Origin: Candidatus Omnitrophota bacterium
Lineage (GTDB): Bacteria > Omnitrophota > Gorgyraeia > Duberdicusellales > 4484-171
DNA: 64,000 nt
NCBI GenBank assembly: GCA_016935525.1
Contig: JAFGQU010000021.1
Span: 15,028-79,027, forward strand
Direction: 5' to 3'
Shown piece by piece: positions 45,979-56,116 of the stretch. Position numbers and translations under genes: made by a program. Position 1 is the first letter of the stretch; every line of letters starts with the position of its first letter. The notes beneath the pieces are model-generated. The model was not told where the DNA came from, made no database searches, and saw only the letters and a list, made by a program, of their open reading frames with translations.

Positions 45979-48194
45979 TCATGGAGTATCTCCCGGTCCA
46001 GAACCATATTCGACATACCCCACACAAAAAATCTTACCTCAACGACGAATCACCTCATTTTGATCGAACCGTTGAATGGTGGTTTGTTCAAGGATACTAT
46101 GGATCATCCGGTTTTGGCCGCAGAGATTTCATGGTCAGCTTTTTTCGGCAAAAGGTACCGCAAGACGTAAAAGAGATCGACGGCGATATCTTTCATGTCG
46201 TCATCGCCATATACGATCCGGTACGAAAAGAGTGCCGTCGTAAGATGATCGCCCATAAAAAAGCTCTCGAATCTATGGCTCGTTATGGACCAAAACAGAA
46301 TAAAACCGTCGATTCTTCCCTAGTACGTGCGTATCTCAATGAAATCCTTACCTACGGGCCGGCGGCGGATATCGTGATATCTGAAACCCCCGTGACGATT
46401 TCGGGGACACCGCTTACCTACCGTTGGGATGGATTTGAGCTGGTCCAAAAAGACGGTACGTTCCTGTTGTATTTTCCCGATCTTTTTACCGGGATCCGAT
46501 GCGGGCTTGAGCTGACCCCCGGTTATGCTTCTCTTGATCTAAAACAGATGAATGTCACTAATTCCGATGATATGGCGTATCGCTGTTATCCCCGGATGGA
46601 TGTCCGGGGAACTGACGGAAAAGAACAATTGCGCGGAGAAGCCTGGTTTGATCATCAGTTTGGAGAATATCAGGATACGTTCCTTACGCAAAAAAACGAA
46701 CATGTATTAGGATGGGATTGGATCGCGTTAAACCTTGATGACGGGACTGACGGTATTTTTATGGCTCATCGGGAGATGAATACCGGTATGATAAAAAATA
46801 TCAGTTTAGTCCTCAAAAAATCCGGTGAAGAAGCGGTCTTGTTTAAAGAAGTCCAAGCGACACCTCTTGGTTACTGGGAAAGCCCGAAAACTCATATTGT
46901 CTGGCCGGTAAAATGGCGGATCGAGGTCCCTTCATCCAATATCGATTTTACATTCACACCGGCTTACGATGACCAGGAGATCATGTATCTAGGCCTGATG
47001 CGGGCGATCTGGGAAGGAAGCGGGAACATAACCGGGTCGTTTTCCGGAATCCATATCCAGGGCCGCGGACGGTTAGAACTGTACGGGTACGGATATATTA
47101 CCGATATTAAAAATTATATGGACCATTTTATCAAACGGTTTGACCGGCATATCGAAGAATTTTTCCCGCAAAATATCGATGAAGACTGGTTATGCCGATA
47201 TCTGGGTAAACCGCTGTGGCAACATGATCCCCAGGCGTACCGGTCGGTCCTCACCCGGCCGGTATGGGACCTGATGCAACGTAAAGGAAAACACTGGCGG
47301 ACGGTTTTTGGCGTTTTGTTCCTCGATTCATTAGGATACCCTTCGGGTAAATATGAAGCGTTACTTGCTACCGCTTTGGAACTGAACCATACCGGCGCGT
47401 TAATCATCGATGATATCGAAGATAATTCGTTACTGCGTCGCGGGGATACCTCTATCCATCTTAAATACGGAACCGACATCGCGATCAATGCCGGTAATAC
47501 CCTCTATTTTTTACCGTATGTACAGTTATGGGATCATCCTCATCTCGACCAGGACCAGAAATACGAACTGTACCGGATCATGGTAAAAGTATGGACTCGA
47601 TCGCATTTCGGTCAGGGTGCCGATATTTACTGGTCGAGGAATCTTTCCCGGGAAAACCTGGACGCGTGGCTTGCCGATTCTCTGCCGGAGAAGATCCTTC
47701 AGATGTATTCTTACAAGACTGCCGCGGCCGTAGAAGGAGTCGGAGAATCCGTATGCGTGATCGCCCGGACGGATGACGCGACTAAAGAAGCCTATATGTC
47801 GTTAGGCCGTATCTTCGGTACGGCTTTTCAGATCATCGATGATATTAATAATTTTAACGATTCTAAAGAGTGGCGTAAGACCTGCGGCGAAGATCTCGCG
47901 CGCGGGAAACTCACCTACGTCATCGTCCAGGCCTTGACTCTTCTGGATGCTGAAAAACGGAAACGGTTGACCGATATCCTCCTTTCGGAAACAGAACGTA
48001 CCTCGCCCGATTCGTTTGCTGAAGGGATCAGACTTATTCGGACCTCGGGCGCTCTGGAATTATGCCGTACCCAGGCGCAAAAGATGATCGAAGACCAATG
48101 GAAACAATTTTCTCGCCATGCCGATCCTTCCGACGCAAAGACCATGATCAGAATGCTTATCTGGAGACTCACCAACATCGTCTATGAAAGCTGA
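45975..48194 (+). CDS. CrtC/AttH lipocalin-like domain fused to a trans-polyprenyl diphosphate synthase
   Basis: N-half: EWWF, WFDHQFG, GWDW, W.SP..WP..W, DQE, WEG, GRLELYGY. C-half: GKHWR, DDIED..LRRG, GQGAD, YKT, FQIIDD, GEDL..GK.T. Confidence 0.88.
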   Translation: MIMEYLPVQNHIRHTPHKKSYLNDESPHFDRTVEWWFVQGYYGSSGFGRRDFMVSFFRQKVPQDVKEIDGDIFHVVIAIYDPVRKECRRKMIAHKKALESMARYGPKQNKTVDSSLVRAYLNEILTYGPAADIVISETPVTISGTPLTYRWDGFELVQKDGTFLLYFPDLFTGIRCGLELTPGYASLDLKQMNVTNSDDMAYRCYPRMDVRGTDGKEQLRGEAWFDHQFGEYQDTFLTQKNEHVLGWDWIALNLDDGTDGIFMAHREMNTGMIKNISLVLKKSGEEAVLFKEVQATPLGYWESPKTHIVWPVKWRIEVPSSNIDFTFTPAYDDQEIMYLGLMRAIWEGSGNITGSFSGIHIQGRGRLELYGYGYITDIKNYMDHFIKRFDRHIEEFFPQNIDEDWLCRYLGKPLWQHDPQAYRSVLTRPVWDLMQRKGKHWRTVFGVLFLDSLGYPSGKYEALLATALELNHTGALIIDDIEDNSLLRRGDTSIHLKYGTDIAINAGNTLYFLPYVQLWDHPHLDQDQKYELYRIMVKVWTRSHFGQGADIYWSRNLSRENLDAWLADSLPEKILQMYSYKTAAAVEGVGESVCVIARTDDATKEAYMSLGRIFGTAFQIIDDINNFNDSKEWRKTCGEDLARGKLTYVIVQALTLLDAEKRKRLTDILLSETERTSPDSFAEGIRLIRTSGALELCRTQAQKMIEDQWKQFSRHADPSDAKTMIRMLIWRLTNIVYES

Positions 48195-49446
48195 CCTCAA
48201 AAACCGCGTACTCATCGTCGGCGGCGGACCGGCAGGGATGATGGCGGCGATCGCCGCGGGAAACAGTACCGATAACGTACTGTTGATCGAACAAAACTCC
48301 TCCTGCGGAAAAAAACTGCTGGTATCGGGTAACGGCCGATGCAATTTTACCAATGCCCGTGATATCCGTTCGTTTCCCGAGCATTTCGCACACGGCGGCA
48401 CATTTTTGCGTGACGCGTTCAATACGTTTTCTAACCGTGACCTTATCGATTTCTTCAAAAACCGCGGGTTATCTTCTCATTGCGAAGAAGACCAAAAGGT
48501 GTTTCCGGTGAGTGACAATGCCGGTGATGTTCTTAACGTATTATTGAAAGAACTGAAAAAGAAAAAAGTAAAGATCCTCTACAATACTGCTCTTGAGAAA
48601 ATACTGCTCTCTGAGAACGCAGTCGAAGGGATACGCCTTTCAAAAAAAGAAATCATCCCCGGCCGCACACTTATCCTTGCGACCGGCGGGATAAGTTATC
48701 CGCATACCGGCTCAGACGGATGTGGATTACGTATCGCCAAAACGCTTCCCCATACCGTCACCCCGCTTCTGGCCGGACTCACCTCGATCCAGAGCGCTCA
48801 AGAATACATCAGACACCTGGAAGGTATTTCGTTAAGAGGAGTAGTCCTTACCTTGCATATCGCCAAGAAAAAGCTGAAATCGCAAAAAGGCGATATTATG
48901 TTTACCCGAAACGGCCTTTCCGGGCCGCTGGCGATGTCGTATAGTTCAAAGATCGCATTAGCAGTGTATGAGCACCGGAACATAAGGATATCGATCGACC
49001 TGTTTCCCGATATGACCAACGAAATGCTCCATCAGACCCTTAAAGACCATTGGCAGGCTCATTCCCGGAAAAACCTCACCAATTCTTTATCCGCTTTTGT
49101 GCCGGAACGGTTTGCTCATACGTTACTTAACATACACAGGATCGATACCGGAAAAACGGTAAGCTATATGACAAAACGCGAACGTACCATTATTACGGGT
49201 TTTTTAAAAAATCTTACGCTCGACATCACCGGATGCGGCCCGGTTGAAAAAGCTATGGTCACCCGCGGCGGGATATCGTTAAAAGAAGTCGATCCCCGGT
49301 CGATGGCCTCGCGGATCATCAAAGGATTATATTTTGCCGGGGAAATGCTGGATATCGACGGTGATACCGGCGGATTTAACCTGCAAGCCGCGTTTTCTAC
49401 CGGATATCTGGCCGGAATACATGCGGCAGGTGAGAAACGAAAATAA
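48184..49446 (+). CDS. HI0933/BaiN-family flavoprotein
   Basis: VGGGPAG, GKKLLVSGNGRCNFTN, ATGGISYPHTGSDG, TRGGI, GE..D.DG.TGGFNLQAAFSTG. Confidence 0.95.
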   Translation: MKADLKNRVLIVGGGPAGMMAAIAAGNSTDNVLLIEQNSSCGKKLLVSGNGRCNFTNARDIRSFPEHFAHGGTFLRDAFNTFSNRDLIDFFKNRGLSSHCEEDQKVFPVSDNAGDVLNVLLKELKKKKVKILYNTALEKILLSENAVEGIRLSKKEIIPGRTLILATGGISYPHTGSDGCGLRIAKTLPHTVTPLLAGLTSIQSAQEYIRHLEGISLRGVVLTLHIAKKKLKSQKGDIMFTRNGLSGPLAMSYSSKIALAVYEHRNIRISIDLFPDMTNEMLHQTLKDHWQAHSRKNLTNSLSAFVPERFAHTLLNIHRIDTGKTVSYMTKRERTIITGFLKNLTLDITGCGPVEKAMVTRGGISLKEVDPRSMASRIIKGLYFAGEMLDIDGDTGGFNLQAAFSTGYLAGIHAAGEKRK

Positions 49447-49500
49447 ATAATTTTCTTCATAAATAAAGGATATTTAGGTAGAATAATAAAAGGCCTGTAC

Positions 49501-49528
49501 ACCGCCCGGATAAGGGCGGTTTGTTTTT
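49501..49528 (+). terminator. Intrinsic terminator candidate
   Basis: ACCGCCC-GGATAA-GGGCGGT-TTGTTTTT. Confidence 0.6.
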
Positions 49529-49556
49529 CAACACACCTTAAGAAAGGAGAATCCCG

Positions 49557-50534
49557 GTGCAACCACCTAAAATATACGGGGTCAGCATCTGGTTAGTCGT
49601 CACCCTGGCGATAAGCCTCTTTGTCTTCCTTATCGGGAAACTCATACCTTCCCCGCTCCTTGACCCTTTACTGGTAGCTCTGACGTTAGGGATTATCCTG
49701 CGGTTACTGATCAAATTCAATGATACCTCTCTGGCTCAATTACGTATGGCTCCGGCGTTCCTTATTCCTCCGGGCGTGATCCTCTATGGAGCGGTAAACC
49801 TGAATTTCAGTAAATTAACTCCGCTTGACCCCAATTTCATCTTTTTGATCTTCATTGTATTTCTTATTTATACCATCTCTTGTCTGATGTTTTCGCGTCT
49901 GTTACGCCTAAACGAGCGTACCGGATACCTGATCACTACCGGCTCGACCATCTGCGGCGCCTCCGCCATCACTATTACCTCGCGCGGTATCGATGCTGAA
50001 CCGGAAGAAATCTCGTTAAGCCTTATTCCGATATTTATTGCGGCACTCATCGGTTTGTTTTTTATCATGCCGAACGTAAAAATCATGATGGGCCTTTCCC
50101 CTACCGAATACGGAGTATTTGCCGGAACGGTATTACAGTTTACCGGATTTGTAAAAGCAGCCGTAGCCGATTTGCCCGGCGAAGTTCAAAATATCGCGAT
50201 GTCGGTAAAAGCCGTCCGGTACGTGGGGCTTTTGTTTATGATCCCGCTGTTTGCCAGCATCATAAAAGGGAAACCGTATGTCCCGATGGTCCTCTGGTTT
50301 TTTCTCGGTGCCGGTCTATTATTCTCTTTTTTCCCAACCCTGACGGCGGCCGTAAAACCTTTTTTCAAGACTCTTCTTAACATATTGTGGAGTATGGCGA
50401 TGGCGGCGATCGGTTTAAACGCAAATGCGAAAAAGATATTTTCCCGGGAAGGGTTAAAAGCATTGATAGTAAGCCTTCTGTCATTTTTTATCGCAACCAG
50501 CGTATTTTTAACCGGGATTTTAATACTTAAATAA
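49557..50534 (+). CDS. YeiH-family (putative sulfate exporter) membrane protein
   Basis: GSTICGASAI, AMAAIGL, about 10 TMs. Confidence 0.9.
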   Translation: MQPPKIYGVSIWLVVTLAISLFVFLIGKLIPSPLLDPLLVALTLGIILRLLIKFNDTSLAQLRMAPAFLIPPGVILYGAVNLNFSKLTPLDPNFIFLIFIVFLIYTISCLMFSRLLRLNERTGYLITTGSTICGASAITITSRGIDAEPEEISLSLIPIFIAALIGLFFIMPNVKIMMGLSPTEYGVFAGTVLQFTGFVKAAVADLPGEVQNIAMSVKAVRYVGLLFMIPLFASIIKGKPYVPMVLWFFLGAGLLFSFFPTLTAAVKPFFKTLLNILWSMAMAAIGLNANAKKIFSREGLKALIVSLLSFFIATSVFLTGILILK

Positions 50535-50549
50535 ACACGGAATAATACC

Positions 50550-52538
50550 ATGAAAATAGGGTTACGCGTTATCCTGGGGATACTGGCGATTGTCCTGACA
50601 ATCCTGATCTCATCGTTTCTTTCGGTAAATATCAGTGAAAAGGCATTACAGGATTTTATCGGCCATGAGGCAATATCGAAAACCCAGGAGGCACTTGAAA
50701 CGATAGATGATACGATCCTCATCCGCATAGAAGAAGTCGATTTTTTTGCTCACGCTATCTCCTCTCATCCGATACTTGCCGAATCAAACAGATATTTCGA
50801 TACCCACCCGAATCTTGCTAAATACATACAGGAAAAAGATAAAGAATGGATATCTCTGCCTAAAGAAGCCATTACTCCTTTCATAAAAGAAATCGTCGGC
50901 AACCCCCTCTCCCAACAGATACGATGGCGACTGCAGGAAACCCATCCTCAAGAAAAGATATTTGCCGAGGTATTCATCACTAATAAATACGGGGTGAATG
51001 TCGCACAATCGACGAAAACGACCGATTATTATCAGGGTGACGAACTATGGTGGCAACAAGCTAAAGAAACCGGCAGGCATATTGCCGATCTGCAGTTTGA
51101 CGAAAGCAGCGAACAATATGCTATTACTATCGCATCGCGGATCGACGACCAAAACGGAAATTTTGCCGGCGTGATAAAAGCATTACTCACCGTAGATGAA
51201 ATCACTAACCTTATCCAGAAAAATATATTACGGGCACGTGAACAGGTATTGATGACTTTGATCACAAAAGAAGGCAAGATCATTTACTCTTCCGAAGGAT
51301 ACAAACCTTTTCGTGACGTTTCCGATCTCCTTACTTTAAAAAGACAATCGGGTGCCGGAAAAAAATTCCTGATCGTCGAAGACGAAGAAGGGCAAAAAAG
51401 CAAAGGATTTCTGGCCTGGGCCGAATCAGAAGGTTCCCATGAGTTTCCCGGATTTCAATGGATCTTATTCTCGCAATATGAGACGAATACTCTTTTTGCT
51501 CCGATCAAAAGGCTGAAGATCACTCTGCTTACGATCACTCTTTTAGTCACGTTCATCTCGATCATCATCGGGTTCAGTATTTCTTATTCGGTATCTTCCC
51601 CGATCAACAAACTGACCGGGATCGCCCAAAATCTCAGCGAGGGAAGGTTAACCGTAGCGATACCCGACGACCTGAAAAACCTCACCGATGAGATCGGCCA
51701 ATTCGCCAAAGTATTCGATTCAATGCGCCAACGACTTAAAATCACGTACGATAGCCTGGAAAAAAAAGTAAAAGAACGTACTGCCGATCTGGAAAATAAA
51801 ACCTTCCAATTGGAAAAGACTAAAAAAGAACTGGAACGGTCAAATAAAGATCTGGAACAATTCGCGTATGTCGCCTCTCACGACCTCCAGGAACCGTTAA
51901 GAAAGATCATCGCGTTCGGAGACCTGTTCCAGGAAGAAATGGGTAGAAATATCTCGGAAAACGCAAAAGACTATCTCCACCGCATGCAGAATGCGGCTTA
52001 TCGTATGCGTAACCTTATCGAAGGATTACTACAATATTCCCGGCTGAACACCCGGGCATTGCCTTTTGAAGAAGTCGATCTGGAAAAAATCGTCCAAGAT
52101 GTCCTTGGTACTCTGGAATTGACTATTCAGGAAACTGGTGCTACCATTGAGGTCGGGTATCTTCCCCGGATGAAAGCCGATCAGCTGCAGATGGAACAAC
52201 TGTTTCAGAATCTCATCATGAACGCCCTGAAATTCCGTAAACCCGGTCAAAAACCGCGTATTACTATTACCAGCTGGCCGGCACAGATCGGGTGGGTACA
52301 GATCGCCATCCAGGATAACGGTATCGGATTTGACGAAAAATATACCGAACGGATATTTTATCCTTTTCAACGCCTGCATAAATCAGGAGAATTTGAAGGG
52401 GCAGGTATCGGCCTTTCTATATGTAAAAAAATAGTCGAACGTCATGGCGGACAGATCAGCGTCAAGAGTAACCCTCAGGAAGGCAGCACTTTTATTATCC
52501 ATCTGCCTACCCATGAAATCGAAAGGAGTCAAAAATGA
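50550..52538 (+). CDS. Sensor histidine kinase (Cache-like, HAMP, HisKA, HATPase)
   Basis: Two TMs, DEIGQ HAMP, ASHDLQEPLR, NLIMNALKF, DNGIGF, GAGIGL. Confidence 0.96.
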   Translation: MKIGLRVILGILAIVLTILISSFLSVNISEKALQDFIGHEAISKTQEALETIDDTILIRIEEVDFFAHAISSHPILAESNRYFDTHPNLAKYIQEKDKEWISLPKEAITPFIKEIVGNPLSQQIRWRLQETHPQEKIFAEVFITNKYGVNVAQSTKTTDYYQGDELWWQQAKETGRHIADLQFDESSEQYAITIASRIDDQNGNFAGVIKALLTVDEITNLIQKNILRAREQVLMTLITKEGKIIYSSEGYKPFRDVSDLLTLKRQSGAGKKFLIVEDEEGQKSKGFLAWAESEGSHEFPGFQWILFSQYETNTLFAPIKRLKITLLTITLLVTFISIIIGFSISYSVSSPINKLTGIAQNLSEGRLTVAIPDDLKNLTDEIGQFAKVFDSMRQRLKITYDSLEKKVKERTADLENKTFQLEKTKKELERSNKDLEQFAYVASHDLQEPLRKIIAFGDLFQEEMGRNISENAKDYLHRMQNAAYRMRNLIEGLLQYSRLNTRALPFEEVDLEKIVQDVLGTLELTIQETGATIEVGYLPRMKADQLQMEQLFQNLIMNALKFRKPGQKPRITITSWPAQIGWVQIAIQDNGIGFDEKYTERIFYPFQRLHKSGEFEGAGIGLSICKKIVERHGGQISVKSNPQEGSTFIIHLPTHEIERSQK

Positions 52539-52981
52539 TCGAATCCGAAAGAAAAACAATCTCTATTCTAATCGCTGATGATGATGACGATGATGTAATG
52601 CTGGTCACTAAAGCATTGAAAGAGTACCGTTTCCTAAACGACCTTCAACGCGTGCGGGACGGTGAAGAACTTCTGGATTACCTGTTCCATCGTGGGAACT
52701 ATACCGATGCCGATAAATTTCCATTACCAAACCTTATCCTTTTGGATTTAAATATGCCCCGTAAAGACGGACGGGAAGCGTTGAAAGAGATCAAAGATCA
52801 TCATGAACTCCGTAAGATCCCGGTAATCATCCTTACGACTTCGAAAACCGACGAAGATATCGTACGTTCTTACGATTTAGGGGTAAATTCTTTTGTGACC
52901 AAACCGGTAGAATTCAAAGATTTTATGGAAGTAATCAAAAATATCGGCACCTACTGGCTTGAGATAGTCCAGCTTCCTTAA
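52535..52981 (+). CDS. Single-domain response regulator (Rcp1-like)
   Basis: ADDD, LLDLNMPRKDG, LTTS, TKP, YWL. Confidence 0.95.
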   Translation: MIESERKTISILIADDDDDDVMLVTKALKEYRFLNDLQRVRDGEELLDYLFHRGNYTDADKFPLPNLILLDLNMPRKDGREALKEIKDHHELRKIPVIILTTSKTDEDIVRSYDLGVNSFVTKPVEFKDFMEVIKNIGTYWLEIVQLP

Positions 52982-53000
52982 GCGGGAAAGGAGAATACTG

Positions 53001-53387
53001 ATGAATAGGAAAATACTCCTTGTCGATGATGATAAAGAAGATCTCATGTTAATGGAACATTACCTGAAAAAAGCCGGGTTCAACAACCTAAGCAGTGTCT
53101 CCTCCGGCGAAGAAGCGGTTGAATATGTGAAAAAAGAAAAACCGTTCATTATCATCATCGATACTATTCTTTCAGGGATGGACGGGTTTGAGACCTGTCA
53201 GGCACTACGCGCGTTTTGCGGTGGCGAGACAAAGATCATCATATTGACCGGAAATATCGGGGCGGTAGATGTCGATAAAGCAAAAGAATGTGGCGCGACC
53301 GAATGCACGGTAAAAGGCAACAATTATCTGCATCTTGTAGGAGAAGTCCAAAAAATATGTTTGAAACTTAAACAAGAAGAAAGATAG
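53001..53387 (+). CDS. Single-domain response regulator
   Basis: LLVDDD, IIDTILSGMDG, ILTG, VK. Confidence 0.9.
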   Translation: MNRKILLVDDDKEDLMLMEHYLKKAGFNNLSSVSSGEEAVEYVKKEKPFIIIIDTILSGMDGFETCQALRAFCGGETKIIILTGNIGAVDVDKAKECGATECTVKGNNYLHLVGEVQKICLKLKQEER

Positions 53388-53397
53388 CCCTTTATCT

Positions 53398-54084
53398 TTA
53401 CTTGCCAAACTCAGGTAATTTTTCATTTTCCAGGATCACCGGTAACGGTGAGGCATCTATCCTCATCCCCCCATCATGTTCTATCTTGATCGTGTAAAGA
53501 ACCCCGGGAACGAACATAGTACCGGGCGCCTCTATTTGAGCGTTTTTAATCCCCATCCGTTCTTTCGCTTTCGGTTTTAACGCATATTCCCAGAATCGTT
53601 CCCACAACTCTCTTTCAAAACGCCCATGGTACTGGTTCAGGCTATACCCGGCGGGAACAGTATCGATCTGGGTGATCGGGTATTCTTCGGTAGCATTACC
53701 GTGCAACATAAATACTTTCCAGAACAGATAGGCACTCTTTCCCCGTAATCTGTCTTTATTACGGATATGGATATCGTCAAACCGGATGACCAGCGATTGA
53801 AACTGGATGATGTTACCGGAAAAAGTGAAATATTTTGGTTCCAGGGGATCCCCTTGTGTATCATATTCGAGAAATTTGATAGTGGTATAGAGCCGTTGGT
53901 CGTTCTCGTCATATTCGACCGCGGTCACTAAGACGTGCGCGATACGGGAATCAGCTTCAAGACGCCTGATGATCTGGTTGAGGATTTCGATGCGGCGGAT
54001 ATGATTAAGATAGATATGCCCGGCAAGGACCAGGCCTGCGGCCAATAGAATGATGAAAATAATACGATTCATTATTTTTTTCAT
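53398..54084 (-). CDS. Hypothetical membrane-anchored protein
   Basis: Single N-terminal TM, long ORF; start 54084 preferred. Confidence 0.8.
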   Translation of the reverse strand: MKKIMNRIIFIILLAAGLVLAGHIYLNHIRRIEILNQIIRRLEADSRIAHVLVTAVEYDENDQRLYTTIKFLEYDTQGDPLEPKYFTFSGNIIQFQSLVIRFDDIHIRNKDRLRGKSAYLFWKVFMLHGNATEEYPITQIDTVPAGYSLNQYHGRFERELWERFWEYALKPKAKERMGIKNAQIEAPGTMFVPGVLYTIKIEHDGGMRIDASPLPVILENEKLPEFGK

Positions 54085-54207
54085 CGTCCAATTATACCTT
54101 CCGACCAGGCTAAATGCCAATATAATTTATAAAAGGATAATTTCATATCCTCAAGAACAATGGGCGGAATAAAAGTTTTATGGTAGAATGTCTTTCAAAA
54201 AACATTA

Positions 54208-54594
54208 ATGATCATGCGAATATTCCTTTTACTATCAATACTGATATCTCTTCTGGGGTGCGAGCTCATTCAGAGAGAGTCCCCGGCATATATGGTCATC
54301 GAAATAGCCGTCCATGATAAAAACATGTATGCCCAATATATCGAGGAAGTCTACCCCATCGTAAAAAAATACGGCGGGACATATCTTGTCCGCACCGAAA
54401 ACGTAGCCCCTATTACCGGCAATTGGCACCCTGAACGCATCATCATACTGAGATTCAAATCGATAACCGCTCTCCAGCGATGTTTTCAATCCGCGGAATA
54501 TACACGGATATCTCATCTGCGGGAAGATTCAACGACCTCAAAGGCGATTATTGTTGACGGTTATCCGTCTCTTAAACCGGTAGGCGCACCATGA
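54208..54594 (+). CDS. DUF1330-family protein with lipoprotein-like N-terminus
   Basis: KYGGTYLVR, G.W.P.R.IIL.F, SAEY; LLGC lipobox. Confidence 0.88.
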   Translation: MIMRIFLLLSILISLLGCELIQRESPAYMVIEIAVHDKNMYAQYIEEVYPIVKKYGGTYLVRTENVAPITGNWHPERIIILRFKSITALQRCFQSAEYTRISHLREDSTTSKAIIVDGYPSLKPVGAP

Positions 54595-55283
54595 AAAAAG
54601 ATTTGATCCGGGTTCGCCGGATCATGTTAACACGGTTGGTAGGCGGTTTTTTTCTGGTCTTCAGCCTGCTTTTTTTATGTGCCGGCCGGATCGATTATTG
54701 GCAGGGATGGGGGTTGGTCCTGGTGAGCGCGGCATTATTAGCGAGAACCTGTTTTTTAATAAAAGACAAATATACTCTTTTGCAGGAACGGGTCGAGCCC
54801 GGATCGGGCATGAAATGGTGGGATAAAATATTCCTATTGTTGTTTATTCTTTCTTTTTTGAGCGTTATCGCACTGGCCGGCCTGGAGAGCGGCCGGTTCC
54901 ACCGGACCGGCGCTTTGCCTGGGCTGATCTACCCATTAGGATATCTGCTTTTATTTCTGTCGCACTACGTGACCATATCGGCAATGTGTGCTAACGATTA
55001 TTTTTCAAGCATCGTACGTATACAAAAAGACAGAGATCACAAGGTCATCCAGGAGGGCCTTTACGGAATAATCCGTCATCCCGGTTATAGCGGCGGGATC
55101 CTGTTGGGATTCGCTGTCGCGTTCATGTTAGGTTCGAGATATGCGCTTATCCCGGCGTCGACCATGGCTTTACTGCTTATCGTACGTACTTATTTAGAAG
55201 AGATCACTCTCGAAAAAAATCTACCGGGATATACCGAATACACAAAAAAAGTAAAATACCGCATTGTTCCCGGACTCTGGTAA
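54591..55283 (+). CDS. Isoprenylcysteine carboxylmethyltransferase-family membrane protein
   Basis: N.YFS..VRIQ, GLYGIIRHPGY, RT..EE..L, Y..Y..KVKYRIVPG. Confidence 0.92.
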   Translation: MKKDLIRVRRIMLTRLVGGFFLVFSLLFLCAGRIDYWQGWGLVLVSAALLARTCFLIKDKYTLLQERVEPGSGMKWWDKIFLLLFILSFLSVIALAGLESGRFHRTGALPGLIYPLGYLLLFLSHYVTISAMCANDYFSSIVRIQKDRDHKVIQEGLYGIIRHPGYSGGILLGFAVAFMLGSRYALIPASTMALLLIVRTYLEEITLEKNLPGYTEYTKKVKYRIVPGLW

Positions 55284-55330
55284 AAAAGGGTTTTGACAAT
55301 AGCGTCGAATACAGGTATACCTATACTATT

Positions 55331-56107
55331 ATGGATTTTAAAGACGTCGCCATACACGCTGCCCGGGAAGCCGGAAGCGTCCATGAAAAATATTTTCAGA
55401 AAGATTTTTCTGTAACAGAGAAGACTTCTTCGTTCGATCTGGTGACTGTTGCCGACGTGGAAGCAGAACAGACAATAGTCTCACTTATCAAAAAACAGTA
55501 TCCCGACCATAATTTCCTCTGTGAAGAACAAAAATACGAAAAAACCGCATCACCGTACACCTGGATCATCGACCCTCTAGACGGGACAAACAATTTCTCA
55601 TCGGGGTTGCCGATTTTCTGTGTATCGATCGCTTTGATGGCCCATGACGAGATCATTCTCGGGACGATATACGATGTGACCCGTGACGAACTTTTCTTTG
55701 CCGAAAAAGGAAAAGGCTCTTTTCTTAACGATATTCCGATCAGAGTAAATGAAACCGCCGAACTCCAAAGGTCACTGTTGATCACGGGTTTTTATTATAA
55801 CCGCGGAGAAGAAATGATCGAGACCCTGGAAAACATAAAAAGTTTTTTTAAAAAACCTATTTTGGGGTTACGACGTCTGGGAGCCGCCGCGCTCGACCTT
55901 TGTTATGTCGCATCCGGGCGGGCCGCGGGATTTTGGGAATTTGAATTAAACCCCTGGGATTTTGCTGCCGGTAAACTCATTATCGAAGAAGCTCACGGCA
56001 AGATAACCGATAAGTATGGACAGACGGTCGATGCCGGAAAAAAATCATATATAGTCGCGTCGAACGGAAAAATCCACTCGCAGATGATAAAAATACTGAA
56101 AAGATAA
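55331..56107 (+). CDS. suhB: Inositol monophosphatase
   Basis: DLVTVAD, CEE, WIIDPLDGTNNF, RRLGAAALDL, PWDFAAG. Confidence 0.93.
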   Translation: MDFKDVAIHAAREAGSVHEKYFQKDFSVTEKTSSFDLVTVADVEAEQTIVSLIKKQYPDHNFLCEEQKYEKTASPYTWIIDPLDGTNNFSSGLPIFCVSIALMAHDEIILGTIYDVTRDELFFAEKGKGSFLNDIPIRVNETAELQRSLLITGFYYNRGEEMIETLENIKSFFKKPILGLRRLGAAALDLCYVASGRAAGFWEFELNPWDFAAGKLIIEEAHGKITDKYGQTVDAGKKSYIVASNGKIHSQMIKILKR

Positions 56108-56116
56108 TATCCCTCC

